IMG/VR virus record: IMGVR_UViG_3300009868_000001
Location: 1 to 64,000 of that record
Reading direction: 5' to 3' (one strand)
Length of the DNA: 64,000 nucleotides
From: a virus
Lineage: Duplodnaviria > Caudoviricetes
Part shown: positions 61,270 through 64,000 of the stretch, one piece after another
Layout of the letters: every line of letters starts with the position of its first letter
How positions within the stretch are numbered: position 1 is the stretch's first letter
The notes under the pieces: generated by a model
The model's input: the letters and a program-made list of their open reading frames with translations, nothing else
The model's database searches: none
What the model was told of the DNA's origin: nothing
Position numbers and translations under genes: made by a program

Positions 61270-62084
61270 AATTAGGAGTATCATATAGTGTGTTTGATGG
61301 CGTTGAATTACTTGAATCATCAATAAAACAGATCAGAAAGGACGTTGATTTTATAGATGTTCAGTATCAGGAGAAATCATGGTTCGGTAAGCCTGCAAAG
61401 CCTATTGATTTATGTATTCTTAATGAACTTAAGAAAAAAGGTCTCATTGATTCTCTGACTCTATTTAAGAACTTTTATGAGCTTAAGCCCATAAAGATGC
61501 ACGTCATGCAGTCTAAAATATTTGAGACCGCTAAGAGAAATGCCGGGTTGGACTCATGTCTAAAGAAGGGTTGTACTCATTTTATGAATATGGACGTTGA
61601 CGAATTTTATGACACGGAACAGTTTAGAAAAGCAAAATCAATAATTGAAGAAAAGGACCTTGAAACGACTGCTGTTTCGTATTTGAATTACGTAACACCG
61701 ACTTTACATAGAGGTTATTCTCCTCATTTGGTTCCATTCATTCATAAAATAACGCCTGCGGCCAGACATACTAAATTTCAACCGTATTTTCCAGGAGTAG
61801 ATCCTACTCGTGGTCTTGGAGATGAGTCTTATAAGAGATGGCGTATATTTCCTAAGGAGGATATCATAATGCATCATATGGAAATGGTCAGAAGGGATCT
61901 TGCATCGAAATACGAGTCTACTTCAAGGTTTTATTTAGAACGTAATAGAATTAATGAACTGGTTCAACTTGTTGAAGAGTCTAAATCAAAAAACTCCATA
62001 AATTTTAAAGGTATAATATATCCTGGAGCAAAGGAAGATTCTATTTTGACTCCTGTTGAAAATAAATTTGGGATTAAAATATGA
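61266..62084 (+). CDS. GT-A fold glycosyltransferase (GT2-like)
   Basis: ETAKRNAGL, MDVDEFY DxD motif, MHHM. Confidence 0.65.
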   Translation: MKLGVSYSVFDGVELLESSIKQIRKDVDFIDVQYQEKSWFGKPAKPIDLCILNELKKKGLIDSLTLFKNFYELKPIKMHVMQSKIFETAKRNAGLDSCLKKGCTHFMNMDVDEFYDTEQFRKAKSIIEEKDLETTAVSYLNYVTPTLHRGYSPHLVPFIHKITPAARHTKFQPYFPGVDPTRGLGDESYKRWRIFPKEDIIMHHMEMVRRDLASKYESTSRFYLERNRINELVQLVEESKSKNSINFKGIIYPGAKEDSILTPVENKFGIKI

Positions 62085-62911
62085 CCCAGATAATTGCAGA
62101 GATAGGAATCAATCATAATGGAAGTCTTGAGATTACTAAAAGACTGATAGATGAAGCAGTTGAAGCAGGTGCTGATTATGTAAAGTTTCAAAAAAGAGAC
62201 CCAGATATCTGCGTTCCTGATGAAATGAAAAATGTCTTACGTGACACTCCATGGGGCAGAATAACTTACCTTGAATATAAGAAGAATTTAGAATTTTCAT
62301 ATTTAGAATATGAAGAGATTGACAAATACTGTAAACTTAAAGGGATTAAATGGTTTCTTTCAGTTTGGGACCTTAACTCTGCTGAATTTGCTCGGGAAAT
62401 CGATCACACTATTGTAAAGATTCCATCAGCTCTTGCTCTAGACCAGCCCCTGTTAGAATATTGTAGAAAACATTTTGAGACTCTCATTATATCTGTCGGT
62501 ATGTGTGAAGGCTATCAAATTCAAAGCATAATAGATAGAATTAAGCCGGATGTGATTATGCACACAAATTCATCATATCCAAGTCCAATTGAAGAACTAA
62601 ACCTAAACCACATTAAATGGCTTGAAAAGGTGTCTAATGGGTCGGGTCATAGATTTGAAATTGGTTATTCTGGACATGAATTTGGATTGGTGACGACATT
62701 TGCTGCAGTTGCAATGGGAGCGACTTGGATCGAAAGACATATCACATTAGACAGGACGATGTGGGGTTCTGACCAAGAGTCTTCAGTCGAACCGTTGGGC
62801 TTTAAAAAACTTGTCAAGGGTATTAGAGATATAGAAAAATCGCTTGGAGAATATGGACCACGTAAGGTCACTCCTTCTGAGCATCAAAAAATAAAATCAT
62901 TAAGAAAATGA
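62081..62911 (+). CDS. neuB: N-acetylneuraminate/nonulosonate synthase, short form without SAF domain
   Basis: IIAEIGINHNG, GADYVKFQKR, KIPSA, HTNSSYP, GYSGHE, IERHITLDR, GSDQ. Confidence 0.92.
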   Translation: MTQIIAEIGINHNGSLEITKRLIDEAVEAGADYVKFQKRDPDICVPDEMKNVLRDTPWGRITYLEYKKNLEFSYLEYEEIDKYCKLKGIKWFLSVWDLNSAEFAREIDHTIVKIPSALALDQPLLEYCRKHFETLIISVGMCEGYQIQSIIDRIKPDVIMHTNSSYPSPIEELNLNHIKWLEKVSNGSGHRFEIGYSGHEFGLVTTFAAVAMGATWIERHITLDRTMWGSDQESSVEPLGFKKLVKGIRDIEKSLGEYGPRKVTPSEHQKIKSLRK

Positions 62912-63876
62912 AAAGAGCATTAGTATGTGGTGCAGGTGGATTCATCGGAAGCCATCTTGTAAAAAGACTTAAGAATGAAGGATTCTATGTAATTGGCGCC
63001 GATTTAAAGATGCCGGAGTTTAGTAAAACAGCAGCAGACAAGTTTATAATAATAGACCTTAGAGAACCGGGTCTTTGTGATGCTCTATTTAGAGAAGGAA
63101 AGTTTGATCATGTGTATCAGCTTGCTGCCGATATGGGCGGAGCAGGTTATATTTTTACTGGAGAACATGATGCGGATGTGATGCACAACTCTTCACAAAT
63201 TAATCTTAATATTGCTAAACTTTGTGTAAAGTTTAACGTTGAACGTGTATTTTATTCTTCATCTGCTTGTATGTATCCTGCATACAATCAAGAGGACCCT
63301 AATAATCCTAACTGTAAAGAAGATTCAGCATATCCTGCAAACCCAGACTCAGAATACGGTTGGGAAAAGCTTTTCAGTGAAAGGTTATATCTAAGCTTTC
63401 ATAGAAACTATGGCTTAAATGTTAGGATAGCCAGGTTCCATAACATATTTGGACCTGAAGGAACCTGGACAGGCGGAAAAGAAAAGGCTCCAGCTGCCAT
63501 ATGTAGAAAGGTTGCTTCAGCTGAAACTGGAACGTCAATCGATATCTGGGGAGATGGAGAACAGACCCGATCGTTTCTTTATATTGATGAATGTGTTGAA
63601 GGAATCAGAAAATTAATGGAATCTGATTTTGTTGGTCCGGTCAATATTGGTTCAGATGAAATGGTCACTATAAACGACCTTGCAAACAGGACAATTACAA
63701 TATCAGGAAAAACCCTTTCCTTAAACCATATTGAAGGTCCTCTTGGAGTAAGAGGTAGGAATTCTGATAATAATTTAATTCAGGAAAAATTGGGATGGTC
63801 ACCTAATAAACCATTAAATGATGGTCTTGCTTCCACTTATGCTTGGATTGACGAACAAGTTAAAAAGACTAAGTAA
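62908..63876 (+). CDS. GDP-mannose 3,5-epimerase-like extended SDR
   Basis: GAGGFIG, AADMGGAGYI, YSSSACMYP, YGWEK, RFHNIFGPEGTWTGGKEKAPAAICRK, GVRGRNSDN. Confidence 0.88.
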   Translation: MKRALVCGAGGFIGSHLVKRLKNEGFYVIGADLKMPEFSKTAADKFIIIDLREPGLCDALFREGKFDHVYQLAADMGGAGYIFTGEHDADVMHNSSQINLNIAKLCVKFNVERVFYSSSACMYPAYNQEDPNNPNCKEDSAYPANPDSEYGWEKLFSERLYLSFHRNYGLNVRIARFHNIFGPEGTWTGGKEKAPAAICRKVASAETGTSIDIWGDGEQTRSFLYIDECVEGIRKLMESDFVGPVNIGSDEMVTINDLANRTITISGKTLSLNHIEGPLGVRGRNSDNNLIQEKLGWSPNKPLNDGLASTYAWIDEQVKKTK

Positions 63877-63877
63877 T

Positions 63878-64000
63878 GTGAGTAAGACATATTTAATAGA
63901 CATAGACCAGACCATTTCTAAGACAGACGGTCTGGCTTATGAAAGGGCAGAACCAATACTAAACAACATCAACACTGTAAATCGATTATTTGATGAAGGT
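63878..64000 (+). CDS. HAD-family phosphatase, N-terminal part (truncated by the window end)
   Basis: Manual translation from GTG 63878: MSKTYLIDIDQTISKTDGLAYERAEPILNNINTVNRLFDEG; DxDxT motif I. Confidence 0.7.
   Translation, partial: MSKTYLIDIDQTISKTDGLAYERAEPILNNINTVNRLFDEG

Overview
This is a densely coding, AT-rich segment of a large T4-superfamily (jumbo-type) myophage genome in standard code 11. The host is most likely Bacteroidota: starts lack Shine-Dalgarno sites and sit in A-rich context, and the phage carries Bacteroidota-like histone-H1 and S1 genes. Minus-strand late genes are four very large and one medium putative tail/baseplate proteins, tail sheath, tail tube, major capsid, a protease-scaffold fusion and small head proteins. 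They are preceded by T4-like (A/G)TAAATAA late promoters matching the encoded gp55. Plus-strand replication and metabolism genes are GroEL, GroES, an S1-like protein, an intein-containing class II RNR, gp32, RNase H, gp56, an N-terminal half of PolB, UvsX, gp41, gp47/46 and a gp42-like enzyme. They share an ECF-like AAACC-N16-GTATAA promoter. Highlights: (1) a 10-gene glycan operon with nonulosonate synthase, CMP-transferase, Maf/sialyltransferase-like, GT7, GT25, GT10, sulfotransferase, GDP-mannose 3,5-epimerase and HAD phosphatase; (2) a cytosine-modification module with two NDT-fold N-glycosidases and a kinase; (3) an origin-like element with 10-bp-phased repeats inside GC-rich inverted repeats; (4) a probable nested scaffold gene with its own late promoter; (5) a degenerate SET protein wedged between gp47 and gp46; (6) a split DNA polymerase. 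All family assignments come from motif recognition, not database searches.
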